A DNA stretch of 64,000 nt from assembly GCA_002269645.1 (NCBI GenBank), contig NIVC01000317.1, forward strand, positions 124,001 to 188,000, written 5' to 3'. Of this stretch, positions 43,256 to 64,000 are shown piece after piece; position 1 is the stretch's first letter; each line of letters starts with the position of its first letter. The position numbers and the translations under genes were made by a program. The notes under the pieces were generated by a model. That model was not told where the DNA came from. It did not search any database and saw only the letters and a program-made list of their open reading frames with translations. This DNA comes from Macrostomum lignano. Lineage: Eukaryota.

Positions 43256-44580
43256 ATGTTTTAAGCTAGGTAAATCGTTAGTAAACATTTCGTTTAGTTT
43301 CAGAGTTTTTCTCTCGTCAAGAAATATACATCATCAGAATGGGATACCATGCACTGAAGATGGAGGCACTCCTGATTTTCCCAGTCGCAACAATAGGAAT
43401 AATCGATATAAAGCGTTTTCCATTGTGTTTCAGAGTTTTCCTCTTTGTCTGCCTTTGCTTTTAGGCAGTGAAGGTGAGCACGGTTTTATCTGGCATTGAC
43501 CTGACTGATCAATCTGGTCAAAAGCCGAGAAAGCAATGTGAAAGGACCCCTAAAAGAGTTTTAGGCTCAAAAAATCGAAGAGAGTCGGATCAGTGCTAAC
43601 TAGTGCACAGCAGTTCTTCAACTGCAAGTCCCGCACACTGTGCTCAACTCCGACCCAAACTATATTGATTGATTGCATTTGAGAAGTTTAGCGGAGAAAG
43701 TCGCGCGCGGGGGCGCACACACAGCTGTCCTATCCGTCCCGTCGTTGAAACTTCAGCTTGAATTGAGCTGGGAGGGGGGTCCTTGCCTAGCCTGGACTGT
43801 AGAGTTCAGTATCTTCCCAGCCCCGTGCCAGCTTTTTCTCAGCGCCCGAGCTGTCCCTCAACTCAGCTCAGCCAAACTGAATTCCCATTAATTGGGTTTG
43901 GGGAGGCAGCAGGGAGCAGGGGTAGCTGTGGAGTTTCCGAGACAAGTGACTTGGGGGGCTGGCCGGCCCTCGTTCCCGCGCGGCGAGAAGGCAAAACACA
44001 GCCGCTGCGGCCAATGAATCTCTTCGGAAGCGGCCAAGCGAAGACGTCTTGCAGAGGTGAGGGGGGTCTGGCTTAAAATTGTTGGGCTTTTCTTGAAGGG
44101 GGACAGGAGGTTCGGGCAAAAAAGCAAAGAAAAAAGGGCCTTCAGCCGCCGTGCGAGGTTTCCTGCAGAGAAACGGAGACGCCGCCAGTGCTGATATTCC
44201 TCTACTGGTTGGTTGCTGGGGCTCGACTGCCCACATCCAATCTCCACTCGCTGTGCTGCGGACTGCCTGGTCTCCCCCTTCATCTTCCCCTGCCCCCCGC
44301 CGTCCCTGTTGTCCCTATTTTCACCCTCCCGTCACCAGTTATTTCTATTAGGCCTCGTTTACTAAAGCGCAGTCATCTACTGCACCGCAGTCGGCCTCGC
44401 AGGTGTGAATTACGTGACTGACTACCAGGTGGTTGAAGGCTCGGTCCCCTGCGCGCCACGCCCGGTTTAATTTAGCCAATATTGCCAAGAGTGCATCCGC
44501 GCAGTATCGCGACTTTTGCTTCTGAATTGCTTAAAGAGGCAGGCGCTGTTTCTTGTTGCACCTGGACAGCTGGAAGGCGG

Positions 44581-52816
<8,236 letters not shown>

Positions 52817-52914
52817 AACTGCTGCGTTGGTTTGGGGCTTGGGTGTCGGCTGTGCCCTTGGACTTTTGACTAAAGTTTCTTTAATGTATCTCACCGCTTG
52901 GAATCTCTACTCAA

Positions 52915-53710
52915 TCCATTTCTAACCCAGTCAGCCCACCTCACTCCCCTTGACGCGCACTGCTCTGTCCTCAGTCCATTTATAACCCAGCCAGCCCCAC
53001 CTCACTCCCCTTGACTCGCACTGCTCTGTCCTCAGTCCATTTATAACCCAGCCAGCCCCACCTCACTCCCCTTGACGCGCACTGCTCTGTCCTCAGTCCA
53101 TTTATAACCCAGCCAGCCCCACCTCACTCCCCTTGACTCGCACTGCTCTGTCCTCAGTCCATTTATAACCCAGCCAGCCCCACCTCACTCCCCTTGACGC
53201 GCACTGCTCTGTCCTCAGTCCATTTATAACCCAGCCAGCCCCACCTCACTCCCCTTGACTCGCACTGCTCTGTCCTCAGTCCATTTATAACCCAGCCAGC
53301 CTCACCTCACTCCCCTTGACGCGCACTGCTCTGTCCTCAGTCCATTTATAACCCAGCCAGCCCCACCTCACTCCCCTTGACTCGCACTGCTCTGTCCTCA
53401 GTCCATTTATAACCCAGCCAGCCCCACCTCACTCCCCTTGACTCGCACTGCTCTGTCCTCAGTCCATTTCTAACCCAGCAAGCCCCACCTCACTCCCCTT
53501 GACTCGCACTGCTCTCTCCTCAGTCCATTTCTAACCCATCCAGCCCCACCTCACTCCCCTTGACGCACACCACTCTCTCCTCAGTCCATTTATAACCCAG
53601 CAAGCCCCACCTCACTCCCCTTGACGCACACCACTCTCTCCTCAGTCCATTTATAACCCAGCAAGCCCCACCTCACTCCCCTTGACTCGCACTGCTCTGT
53701 CCTCAGTCCA
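52915..53710. repeat. 61-bp minisatellite downstream of the nAChR stop
   Basis: About 13 units of CCACCTCACTCCCCTTGACTCGCACTGCTCTGTCCTCAGTCCATTTATAACCCAGCCAGCC. Confidence 0.95.
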
Positions 53711-54266
53711 ATTGACACCGTGCCGCTTCACACTGCTTCCAGAAGTCTCATCGTTGAATGCTAAAACTGCCTCACTTCGCTTAGCTCTCGATGATCAGAG
53801 TGACTTCTTGCTTATGTTTTGATTTTAAACGCATTCAATCTCCCACAGTTGAGCGCAATTTATCAATCAAGTCAATTTCCTAACTGTTGAATTTGGTATT
53901 GTTTCTTAATGCTCTGTTTCAGTGTACTATTTTCAGAATTTGTATATAGAAATTGCGAATTTCCTGTGCAGCACAAATATAGGCAGTAAAGGCTTTCAAA
54001 GCAGCCGATTTCCTGAGTAGCTTTTCACCTGGAGCCTGCCATTCTATTTTGCGACTATTTTGTAAATTAATTTTAGCCCCCATAAGCCCGCTCTATCTAT
54101 ATTTATATTCAATAAATATAGCCCTCTGAACTGAGGAATGACGCTACAATATCGCATCAAGTGGGCAAATTAGTTGATTGAGATAAATGGCTTTTCGTTT
54201 TGATTAAAACTTCTCAACATTATATGCTACTTTTTGTTTTTAAGTGTTATTGTCAATAGACTCGTA

Positions 54267-54535
54267 GAGAGCTCGTCTCTGATTGGAGGAGCGGGTTAGA
54301 GAGGAAAGGACACGGTATGAGAGCTCGTTTCTGATTCGAGGAGTGGGTTAGAGAGGAAAGGACACGGTATGAGAGCTCGTCTCTAATTGGAGGAGCGGGG
54401 TAGAGAGGAAAGGACACGGTATGAGAGCTCGTCTCTGATTGGAGGAGCGGGTTAAAGAGGAAAGGACACGGTATGAGAGGTCGTCTCTGATTGGAGGAGC
54501 GGGGTAGAGAGGAAAGGACACGGTATGAGAGCTCC
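54267..54535. repeat. 52-bp minisatellite
   Basis: About 5 units starting GAGAGCTCGTCTCTGATTGGAGG. Confidence 0.85.
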
Positions 54536-55158
54536 TCGTTAGTTGGGTGAGGGGGTAGAGAAGAAGAGACACAACTTACTGAGTGTTCATTTCAATACCA
54601 TTTAGCGTGAGTATACTCGTAGTTACTCCGAATGCCGAATGGAAGCCGTAGCTTTGCCTGAACTTGAAACTTAAGTTTGATAATCTAAGAGAGCCCAGTT
54701 TAAATTTGGGTGAAACAACGGAACAATGAAGACAGTGTTAGTTAGAGTTCGCGAACCGTAAAGAAAGGGCCACTAGCCCGGCTGACCCTGGCTTAGCATG
54801 CTGTGACCATTCTTTGACTAATGGCCTGCTAAGCTTATTAGCCTTACAATGGACTGAGACAGGAGTTCTGGGCACCTACAATGTAGGTATCATCTTTTGA
54901 GCCCGGTGCAAAATGAACAGGCCTGCAGCAGAATTTTAAAAAGAGGGCAAGTTAAATTGCAGTTTAATGACGTGAGAAGCGCCATCTTGACAAGAAGAGG
55001 AAACCTCAATGCAAAAGCATTTGAGATTGCTTTCACAATTGCCACAGAAGATCACAGTCTTCTTGTATAGACGGAGTCTGGTAGAAAACTGAATGAGATT
55101 TATTGATTTGGATCACTGCCGCTGCAAATGAAAGGAGCGTGTTACCGTGAAAACTACT

Positions 55159-55557
<399 letters not shown>

Positions 55558-55922
55558 TCTTGTTAATTAGCATGCTGTTAGCTTCTGCCACCGCACAATA
55601 GTGAGTAGGGTTTTTGAGTAGTCGCTGAGCAGCTGGCCAGAGTGCAGGGCTCGCACTCGAGCACAGATCAGAGAGAAGAGCCACACCCGCACACCGCATG
55701 TGTTTGCCGATACCACCGCTGTAGCAGCAGCCATTGTGCCCACATCGCAACGGAAGAAGAGGCACAAGGCTCACCCAGTCTTCTCTGCCCCCCCGCCCCA
55801 GCAACGCAGAAGAGCCGCGCGGAGAGTCAGTCGGTGCCAAACTCATGGCAAGGCCATAAGGAGTTGATTTTCCTTCAATTCTCACAACTTGAATGAGTCG
55901 CCAGCAGCTTAGAGTCCTCACT

Positions 55923-58900
55923 ATGGAAGACTCACCCACGCACACATTTGCACTACTCATTCTTCTCTTCTCTCTCCAGACTCTCCTCATTGGTTCTCAG
56001 CCCGCCTGTTTCTATGCAAACAGAGAAGCGCTGCCTGCTGCTCAAGAGCCGGCTCGGAGATCATCTGGATTCCCCGGGCAAGCCTTCCAAGCCAGCCTCC
56101 GTGCTGCATCAGCCCGAGTTTCAGATACGAGTAGTAAGAGCCAGCCTCTGTTGATGCCAACTGGAATTATCAAGCCGTGAGTTGGTGAAACATTCTTTGT
56201 TCACTGTTGCTACATGGGACGAGTTCAAACTCAAGATGCCCCCTCCCTGATTTGCAGCGCCGGAGCCCTGGCGCAGAGGGCCCCAAGGGCGGCAGGTTCA
56301 GGAGTTGGGAAGTCTGCCAAGTCTGCGACCGCCAGCTTTCACGCCTATGTGGCTGTCAGGTACTGCCTGACCGTGTGAATATCGATTTTCCAGTTCAATA
56401 CTGGCATTCGATTCACGGCCTGAACCTTGATTCACTACCGAAACCCCCGAAGCCCGCTCCAGAAACCTACAGCTCACTCCAGGAACCTACAGCTCACTCC
56501 TGAAACCTACAGCTCATTCCTGAAACCTACAGCTCACACCAGTAACCTACAGCACACTCCAGTAACCTACAGCTCACTCCAGAAGCCTACAGCTCACTCC
56601 AAAAACCTACAGCTCACTCCTCAAACCTACAGCTCACTCCTCAAATTTCCTACAGCTCACACCAGTGACCCAAAGTTCATGCCAGTAACCTAGAGCTCAC
56701 TCCAGAAACCTACAGCACACTCCAGACACCTACAGCTCACTTTAGAAACCTACAGCACACTCCAGAAACCTACAGCTTACTCCAGTAACCTACAGCTCAC
56801 TCCCGAAACGTACAGCACACTCCAGACACCTACAGCTCACTCCAGGAACCTACAGCTCACTCCAGGAACCTACAGCACACTCCAGACACCTACAGCTCAC
56901 TTTAGAAACCTACAGCACACTCCAGACACCTACAGCTCACTTTAGAAACCTACAGCACACTCCAGACATCTACAGCTCACTCCCGAAACCTACAGCACAC
57001 TCCAGACATCTACAGCTCACTCCCGAAACCTACAGCACACTCCAGACACCTACAGCTTACTCCAGTAACCTACAGCTCACTCCCGAAACCTACAGCACAC
57101 TCCAGACATCTACAGCTCACTCCCGAAACCTACAGCACACTCCAGTAACCTACAGCTCACTCCTCAAATTTCCTACAGCTCACACCAGTGACCCAAAGTT
57201 CATGCCAGTAACCTAGAGCTCACTCCAGACACCTACAGCTCACTCCCGAAACCTACAGCACACTCCAGACACCTACAGCTCACTTCAGAAACCTACAGCT
57301 CACTCCAGTAACCTACAGCTCACTTCAAAAACCTACAGCTCACTCCAGTAACCTAGCTCGTACAGCTCACTTCAGTAACCTACAGCTCACTCCAGTAACA
57401 TTCAGCTCACTCCAGTAACCTACAGCTCACTCCAGTAACCTACAGCTCACTCCAGTAACCTACAGCTCACTTCAGAAACCTACAGCTCACTCCAGGAACC
57501 TACAGCTCACTCCTGAAACCTACAGCTCATTCCTGAAACCTACAGCTCACACCAGTAACCTACAGCACACTCCAGTAACCTACAGCTCACTCCAGAAGCC
57601 TACAGCTCACTCCAAAAACCTACAGCTCACTCCTCAAACCTACAGCTCACTCCTCAAATTTCCTACAGCTCACACCAGTGACCCAAAGTTCATGCCAGTA
57701 ACCTAGAGCTCACTCCAGAAACCTACAGCACACTCCAGACACCTACAGCTCACTTTAGAAACCTACAGCACACTCCAGAAACCTACAGCTTACTCCAGTA
57801 ACCTACAGCTCACTCCCGAAACGTACAGCACACTCCAGACACCTACAGCTCACTCCAGGAACCTACAGCTCACTCCAGGAACCTACAGCTCACTCCAGGA
57901 ACCTACAGCACACTCCAGACACCTACAGCTCACTTTAGAAACCTACAGCACACTCCAGACATCTACAGCTCACTCCAGGAACCTACAGCACACTCCAGAC
58001 ACCTACAGCTCACTTTAGAAACCTACAGCACACTCCAGACATCTACAGCTCACTCCCGAAACCTACAGCACACTCCAGACATCTACAGCTCACTCCCGAA
58101 ACCTACAGCACACTCCAGACACCTACAGCTTACTCCAGTAACCTACAGCTCACTCCCGAAACCTACAGCACACTCCAGACATCTACAGCTCACTCCCGAA
58201 ACCTACAGCACACTCCAGTAACCTACAGCTCACTCCTCAAATTTCCTACAGCTCACACCAGTGACCCAAAGTTCATGCCAGTAACCTAGAGCTCACTCCA
58301 GACACCTACAGCTCACTCCCGAAACCTACAGCACACTCCAGACACCTACAGCTCACTTCAGAAACCTACAGCTCACTCCAGTAACCTACAGCTCACTTCA
58401 AAAACCTACAGCTCACTCCAGTAACCTAGCTCGTACAGCTCACTTCAGTAACCTACAGCTCACTCCAGTAACATTCAGCTCACTCCAGTAACCTACAGCT
58501 CACTCCAGTAACCTACAGCTCACTCCAGTAACCTACAGCTCACTTCAGAAACCTACAGCTCACTCCAGTAACCTACAGCTCACTTCAAAAACCTACAGCT
58601 CACTCCAGTAACCTAGCTCGTACAGCTCACTTCAGTAACCTACAGCTCACTCCAGTAACATTCAGCTCACTCCAGTAACCTACAGCTCACTCCAGTAACC
58701 TACAGCTCACTCCAGTAACCTACAGCTCACTCCAGTAACCTACAGCTCACTTCAGAAACCTACAGCTCACTCCAGTAACCTACAGCTCACTCCAGTAACC
58801 TACAGCTCACTCCAGAAACCTACAGCTCTCTCCAGAAACCTACAGTCACTCGAGAAGCCTACAGGTTACTCCAGAAACCTACAGCACACTCCAGAAACCT

Positions 58901-61900
58901 ACAGTTCACTCGAGAAGCCTACAGTTCACTCTCTAAACCCGCATCACTCCAGAGTGAGGCCGCCCGAGCAGCCGTCGCCCAAGTGGCAGCCGCTGATCCG
59001 TTACCCCGGCAACGCCAGTTTGGCCTTCAACTGGCAGGGAATGCAGCGCGTCTTCAACTTCGACGTGGTCTTCGAGGAGGCGGCGAGTCAGTCGGAGGTG
59101 TTCGACAACTGCGGCGTGAAGGACCTGATTCAGTTGGCTCTGGAGGGGTGAGCCTCGGTACTCTGCCACTCTGATGGCTTTTCCCAGACTTATAGAACTG
59201 ACTCACCCCCCTAATTATTGCAGCTACAACTGCACATGCTTTGCATACGGTCAGACGAACAGCGGTAAAACTTACACAATGACCGGACCGCCTGATGAGG
59301 TACCTCTGCTGCAGTGCGCACTGCTTTGGGAGGAAACACTTGCATTAGCCGCGGCTAGCAGAGAGTAGAATGAGAAAATATGTAGCGCCGTAGGTTACTG
59401 GAGTGAGCTGTAGGTTACTGGAGTGAGCTGTAGGTTACTGGAGTGAGCTGTAGGTTACTGGAGTGAGCTGTAGGTTACTGGAGTGAGCTGAATGTTACTG
59501 GAGTGAGCTGAATGTTACTGGAGTGAGCTGTAGGTTACTGAAGTGAGCTGTGGATTACATGGTGTGAGCTGTAGGAAGTTTCAGGACTGAGCTGTAGGTT
59601 TCAGGAGTGAGCTGTAGGTTACTGGAGTGAGCTGTAGGTTACTGAAGTGAGCTGTGGATTACATGGTGTGAGCTGTAGGAAGTTTCAGGAGTGAGCTGTA
59701 GGTTTCAGGAGTGAGCTGTAGGAAGTTTCAGGAGTGAGCTGTAGGTTACTGGTGTGAGCTGTAGGTTTCAGGAGTGATCTATGGATCCTGTATCATCTCC
59801 CGAAAATCTGCAGACCCAGCAGCACGGAGTGTCGGGCTTGGCCGGCCAGTCCAGAGGCCTGGTTCCGAGGTCGTTCGCGCACATTTTCGACCTGCTCCGG
59901 AGTCGCGGCGCCCAAGGCTTCAAAGTGTACGCCACTTACTTTGAGATCTACAATGAACAGGTGGGGATATATTTGTTGTAGGAATTTTAACTGGCTTCGT
60001 ATGGAATTTTTACGACTCAATAATCCACTCATGCCCGCAGATTACCGACCTTCTTAATCCCCGGTCAATTTATCCCCACACAATTCGCTGGAGCTCAACA
60101 TCCGGCTTCTACGTTGACAATTTGTTTGTGATTGAGTGCGACTCTGCCGACGACCTGATGGGCGTGCTGGCCGCGGGTGAGGCTCGGGAGTGATAGTAGC
60201 GGAGTGACAGAATCGGAGTGATGCAAAAGGAGTGATTCAAAGGAGTGACAGAGTCGAGGTGATAAAACCGGAGTGACAGAATCGGAGTGACAGAATCGGA
60301 GTGACAGAATCGGAGTGACAGAATCGGAGTGACAGAATCGGAGTGACAGAATCGGAGTGACAGAATCGGAGTGACAGAATCGGAGTGACAGAATCGGAGT
60401 GACAGAATCGGAGTGACAGAATCGGAGTGACAGAATCGGAGTGACAGAATCGGAGTAACAGAATCAGAGTGACAGAATCAGAGTGACAGAATTGGAGTGA
60501 TAATATCGCAATTAATAGCTCGTAGAGGAAAGAGTTATATTCGAGACTTTTAAAATGCAATCAGCCTTGTGTATATTTACCCATAAGAATATAAAAACAT
60601 AGAAAAACCGCTATTGAAACTACTGATGATAGCTTGAAGTAGTCAGTAGCGATTTTTACAACCCGACTAAGAAAAACATGATAGAAAATATTCTTACTCG
60701 TCAAACAGGCCTCGCCAACCGCAGGATGGACCGGGGCAGCCAGAACGAATTTTCGAGCCGGTCGCACAGCCTCTTCTCCATCATGATTGACACGCAGGCG
60801 CCCGGGGAGGCCGGCAGCGGCCAAGCCACGGTGACCCGGCATGGCAAGCTCACCTTTGTTGACCTCGCCGGTGAGACACTGGACACCCTAATACCCCACA
60901 CCCTGATACCCCACACCCTGATACCCCACACCCTGATACCCCATTACCCTGGTACCCCACACCTTAATACCCCACACCCTGATACCCCACACCCTGATAC
61001 CCTATACCCTGGTACCCCACACCTTAATACCCCACACCCTGATACCCCACACCCTGATACCCCACACCCTGATACCCCACACCCTGATACCCCACACCCT
61101 GATACCCCACACCCTGATACCCCACACCCTGATACCCCACACCCTGATACCCCACACCCTGATACCCCACACCCTGATACCCCACACCCTGATACCCAAC
61201 ACCATGATACCCCATACCCTGACACCCCATACCCTGACACCCCACACCCTGACACCCCATACCCTGATACCCCACACCCTGATACCCCACACCCTGATAC
61301 CCCACACCCTGATACCCCATACCCTGACACCCCATACCCTGACACCCCACACCCTGACACCCCATACCCTGATACCCCATACCCTGATACCCCATACCCT
61401 GATACCCCACACCCTGATACCCCACACCCCGGCACTTTGCAGGGAGCGAGAGCACCGGCAGCTCAGTGGCCAGAGAGCCGGACCAGATGCTGGAGACAAG
61501 CACCATCAACAAGAGCCTCCTGGTGCTGGGCAATTGCATCTCGGCTCTCTCCGATCCCAAGAAGCGAGCCGGTCACGTACCCTACAGGGACAGCAAGCTG
61601 ACCAAACTGCTGTCAGACTCTCTGGGGGGCAGCGGCGTCTCATTGATGGTGAAGCCTTTGAATTACTCAATTCTGGGTCTTTAGGTTCAGGACCAAGGTC
61701 TACATGTAGGTCTAGGTGTCAGAAGCTTTTAGGTTAGCCATCATTTTAATGTGCCAGTGTCATGTTTCAGGGTGTTGTTTCAGATGGTTTTAGTGGCAGG
61801 TTTTTTGGGTGTCAGGGGTTTTGGGTGTCAGGGGTTTTGGGTGTCAGGGGTTTTAGGTGTCAGGGGTTTTGGGTGTCAGGGGTTTTAGGTGTCAGGGGTT

Positions 61901-63281
61901 TTGGGTGTCAGGAGTTTTGGGTGTCAGGGGTTTTGGGTGTCAGGGGTTTTGAGTGTCAGGGGTTTTAGGTGTCAGGGGTTTTGGGTGTCAGGGGTTTTGG
62001 GTGTCAGGGGTTTTGGGTGTCAGGGGTTTTGAGTGTCAGGGGTTTTAGGTGTCAAGGGTTTCGGGTGTTAATGGTTTTGGGTATCAGGGGTTTCGGGTGT
62101 TAATGGTTTTGGGTATCAGGGGTTTCGGGTGTTAATGGTTTTGGGTGTCAAGGGTTTTGAGTGTCAGGGGTTTTGAGTGTCAGGGGTTTTGAGTGTCTGG
62201 GGTTTTGAGTGTCAGGGGTTTTGGGTGTCAGGGGTTTTGGGTGTCAGGGGTTTTCGATGTCAGAGGTTTTGAGTGTCAGGGGTTTTGGGAGGCCCTAAGC
62301 AGCCGCAATCCCCACCCCAACTCTGGCAGATCGCCTGCGTGAACCCCAGCCCCGAGCAGGGCAGCGAGACTGTCAACACGCTCCGGTACGCCAGCAGGGC
62401 CAAGCGGATCGAAGTTTGCCCGGAGGTCAACTTGGTGAGTTGAATACCGTTGCCTACAGCTGCACTCTACTTTAAGCATCAGCACAGGGCAGCTTAACCT
62501 TGCTCAGCCAGTCTCACTGCCTTACCCTAAACATCGGCTACCTAACCCCTCTCTACCCTAAACATCGGCTACCGAACCTCACTCTACCCTAAACATCGGC
62601 TACCCAACCTCACTCTACCCTAAACATCGGCTACCCAACCTCACTCTACCCTAAACATCGGCTACCCAACCTCACTCTACCCTAAATATCGGCTACCCAA
62701 CCTCACTCTACACTAAACATTGGCTACCCAACCTCACTCTACCCTAAATATCGGCTACCCAACCTCACTATACACTAAACATCGGCTACCCAACCTCACT
62801 CTACACTAAACATCGGCTACCCAACCTCACTCTACCCTAAACGCAGGACCCGCAGGAGAAGCTGCTGCGCTCGCTGAAGCGGGAGGTCGCCAGCCTGCGC
62901 CAGGAGAACGGCTCCCTGCGCGAGCAGCTCCGCACCAGCGCCGCGCAAAGCGAAGCTGGCGGTGCCGCCGCCGTCGACCGCAGCGGAGGCCGCGGCGACA
63001 CGGGGCGCCTCGTCAGGAGCCGGGAGGCGAGCCTGGGCGGCTCCGATGATCAACGGTCAAATCCAGCGGCAGCCGGCGCCGCGGCAGCCCGGCCGGTGCC
63101 GAAGGGCAGCTACCAGAGCCTGTACGAGATGCTGCAGGAGTACATGCAGGAGAATGAGACGCTGCGCTCGGAGAACATGGACCTGGCCAAGCACCAGACC
63201 GACTACAGGCGCGAGCAGAACCAGCTCTCTGAGGAGAACCGGCGGCTGGCCAGCCAGCTGAGCCGGATGAGGCGGCAGTTC

Positions 63282-63321
<40 letters not shown>

Positions 63322-63798
63322 GGACGCCAGTCTACGTGGTCTCGAACCCGGAGACTCCGACTCGACTGCCGTTGATCGAAGCCAGACGAGAGGCTGAGCC
63401 GATGGCGACCCGAAATTCTGCCCGACTGCCGCCGCGCTCGCCGCGGTGGTCGCTGCCGCCGACAGACAATCGGGAGTCTCAGCGGCAGCAACAACAGCAG
63501 CCTGTTGCGACATTTGCGCCGACGCCTCCGCTTTCGATGCCGATTCCGGATGTTGATCGGCAGCCGAGGCCCATCCCTATGCCGCCGCCTCCGCCTCCGC
63601 TTCTGCCAGCTTCTCAGCAATACCCGCAGCAATACCCGCAGCAATCCACATCTCGCCTGATGTACCCGGAGGCTCCGGTCTACGTGCCGCAGCCGGGCGA
63701 GCGCACCTACCGGGAGAGATTTGAGGCGGCCGCTGGCCGGAACAAGCTGCGAGGAGACGGCGGCGCCGCCCAGGTGGACGGAGCAAACAACCGGACGG
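55923..63798 (+). CDS. KIF12: KIF12-like kinesin motor protein (5' end uncertain; probably continues beyond the window)
   Basis: Exons (55923 or 55980)-56176, 56258-56359, 58953-59147, 59224-59299, 59814-59960, 60041-60176, 60709-60870, 61443-61648, 62330-62434, 62847-63798 (donor GTAAG at 63799). Motifs [83 protein letters not shown] and [13 protein letters not shown], then coiled coil. The CGV..L..LAL.G and TGPP pattern is KIF12-like. Confidence 0.88.
56455..58930 (+). repeat. 20-bp minisatellite ACCTACAGCTCACTCCAG(A/T)A with about 500-bp higher-order blocks, kinesin intron
   Basis: More than 100 units; the marker block GTGACCCAAAGTTCATGCC recurs four times. Confidence 0.95.
59390..59775 (-). 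repeat. The same 20-bp unit in inverted orientation (TAGGTTACTGGAGTGAGCTG), kinesin intron
   Basis: Exact reverse complement of CAGCTCACTCCAGTAACCTA. Confidence 0.95.
60195..60500. repeat. 14-bp minisatellite GTGACAGAATCGGA, kinesin intron
   Basis: About 20 units. Confidence 0.9.
60885..61432. repeat. 15-bp minisatellite ATACCCCACACCCTG, kinesin intron
   Basis: About 36 units up to the acceptor at 61441-61442. Confidence 0.95.
61770..62290. repeat. 16-bp minisatellite GTGTCAGGGGTTTTGG, kinesin intron
   Basis: About 32 units. Confidence 0.95.
62520..62842. repeat. 31-bp minisatellite TACCCTAAACATCGGCTACCCAACCTCACTC, kinesin intron
   Basis: About 10 units; the last unit runs into the acceptor (TACCCTAAACGCAG). 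Confidence 0.9.
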
Positions 63799-63823
63799 GT
63801 AAGAGCATCCATGAAGGTGGCGG

Positions 63824-64000
63824 CACATCAAACAGTTAATTGAAGGTGGCGGCACATCAAACAGTTAATTGAAGGTGGCGGCACATCAAACAGTTAATTG
63901 AAGGTGGCGGTACATCAAACAGTTTTAGAGTGGCGGCACATCAAACGGTTTTAGTGTGGCGGCACATCAAACGGTTTTAGTGTGGCGGCACATCAAACAG
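63824..64000. repeat. 29-bp minisatellite GAAGGTGGCGGCACATCAAACAGTTAATT (probable kinesin intron)
   Basis: Starts about 25 nt after the donor at 63799 and runs to the window end. Confidence 0.85.

Noticed and set aside
63013-63855. Minus-strand ORFs of 166-251 aa
   Set aside because: Antisense shadows of the GC-rich kinesin exon; the same applies to shadows over MORC2 exons 4, 6 and 7 and nAChR exons.

Overview
Eukaryotic (animal) genomic DNA with GC-rich spliced exons and introns filled with minisatellites. The style suggests an invertebrate such as the flatworm Macrostomum; this is an inference only. Four multi-exon genes can be assembled by hand from GT-AG sites with consistent phase: a MORC2-like GHKL ATPase (+, 9 exons, 956 aa), a melatonin-receptor-like class A GPCR (-, 5 exons, 367 aa), a cation-type nicotinic acetylcholine receptor alpha subunit (+, 7 exons, 516 aa) and a KIF12-like kinesin (+, 5' end uncertain, probably running past the window end). 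There is also a tandem-NHR (neuralized repeat) gene broken by at least one frameshift and an orphan Cys/Gly-polyQ-polyP ORF. Mobile DNA comprises a decayed Gypsy 5' end inside a 1674-bp tandem duplication, a CORE-SINE with an 11-bp TSD, a 5'-truncated LINE, two copies of a hAT MITE with 8-bp TSDs, and piggyBac-like and Helitron-like relics. About 35 distinct tandem arrays are present, including a 7.8-kb 12-mer satellite with a 3.85-kb segmental duplication. The long ORFs in the track over these arrays are artefacts. No CRISPR array, rRNA or true tRNA was found. The most interesting signals are inverted minisatellite pairs flanking catalytic kinesin exons, a CpG desert over the MORC2 5' end, a captured coding fragment in a GPCR intron and the RING-less NHR gene. 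Repeat boundaries are approximate.
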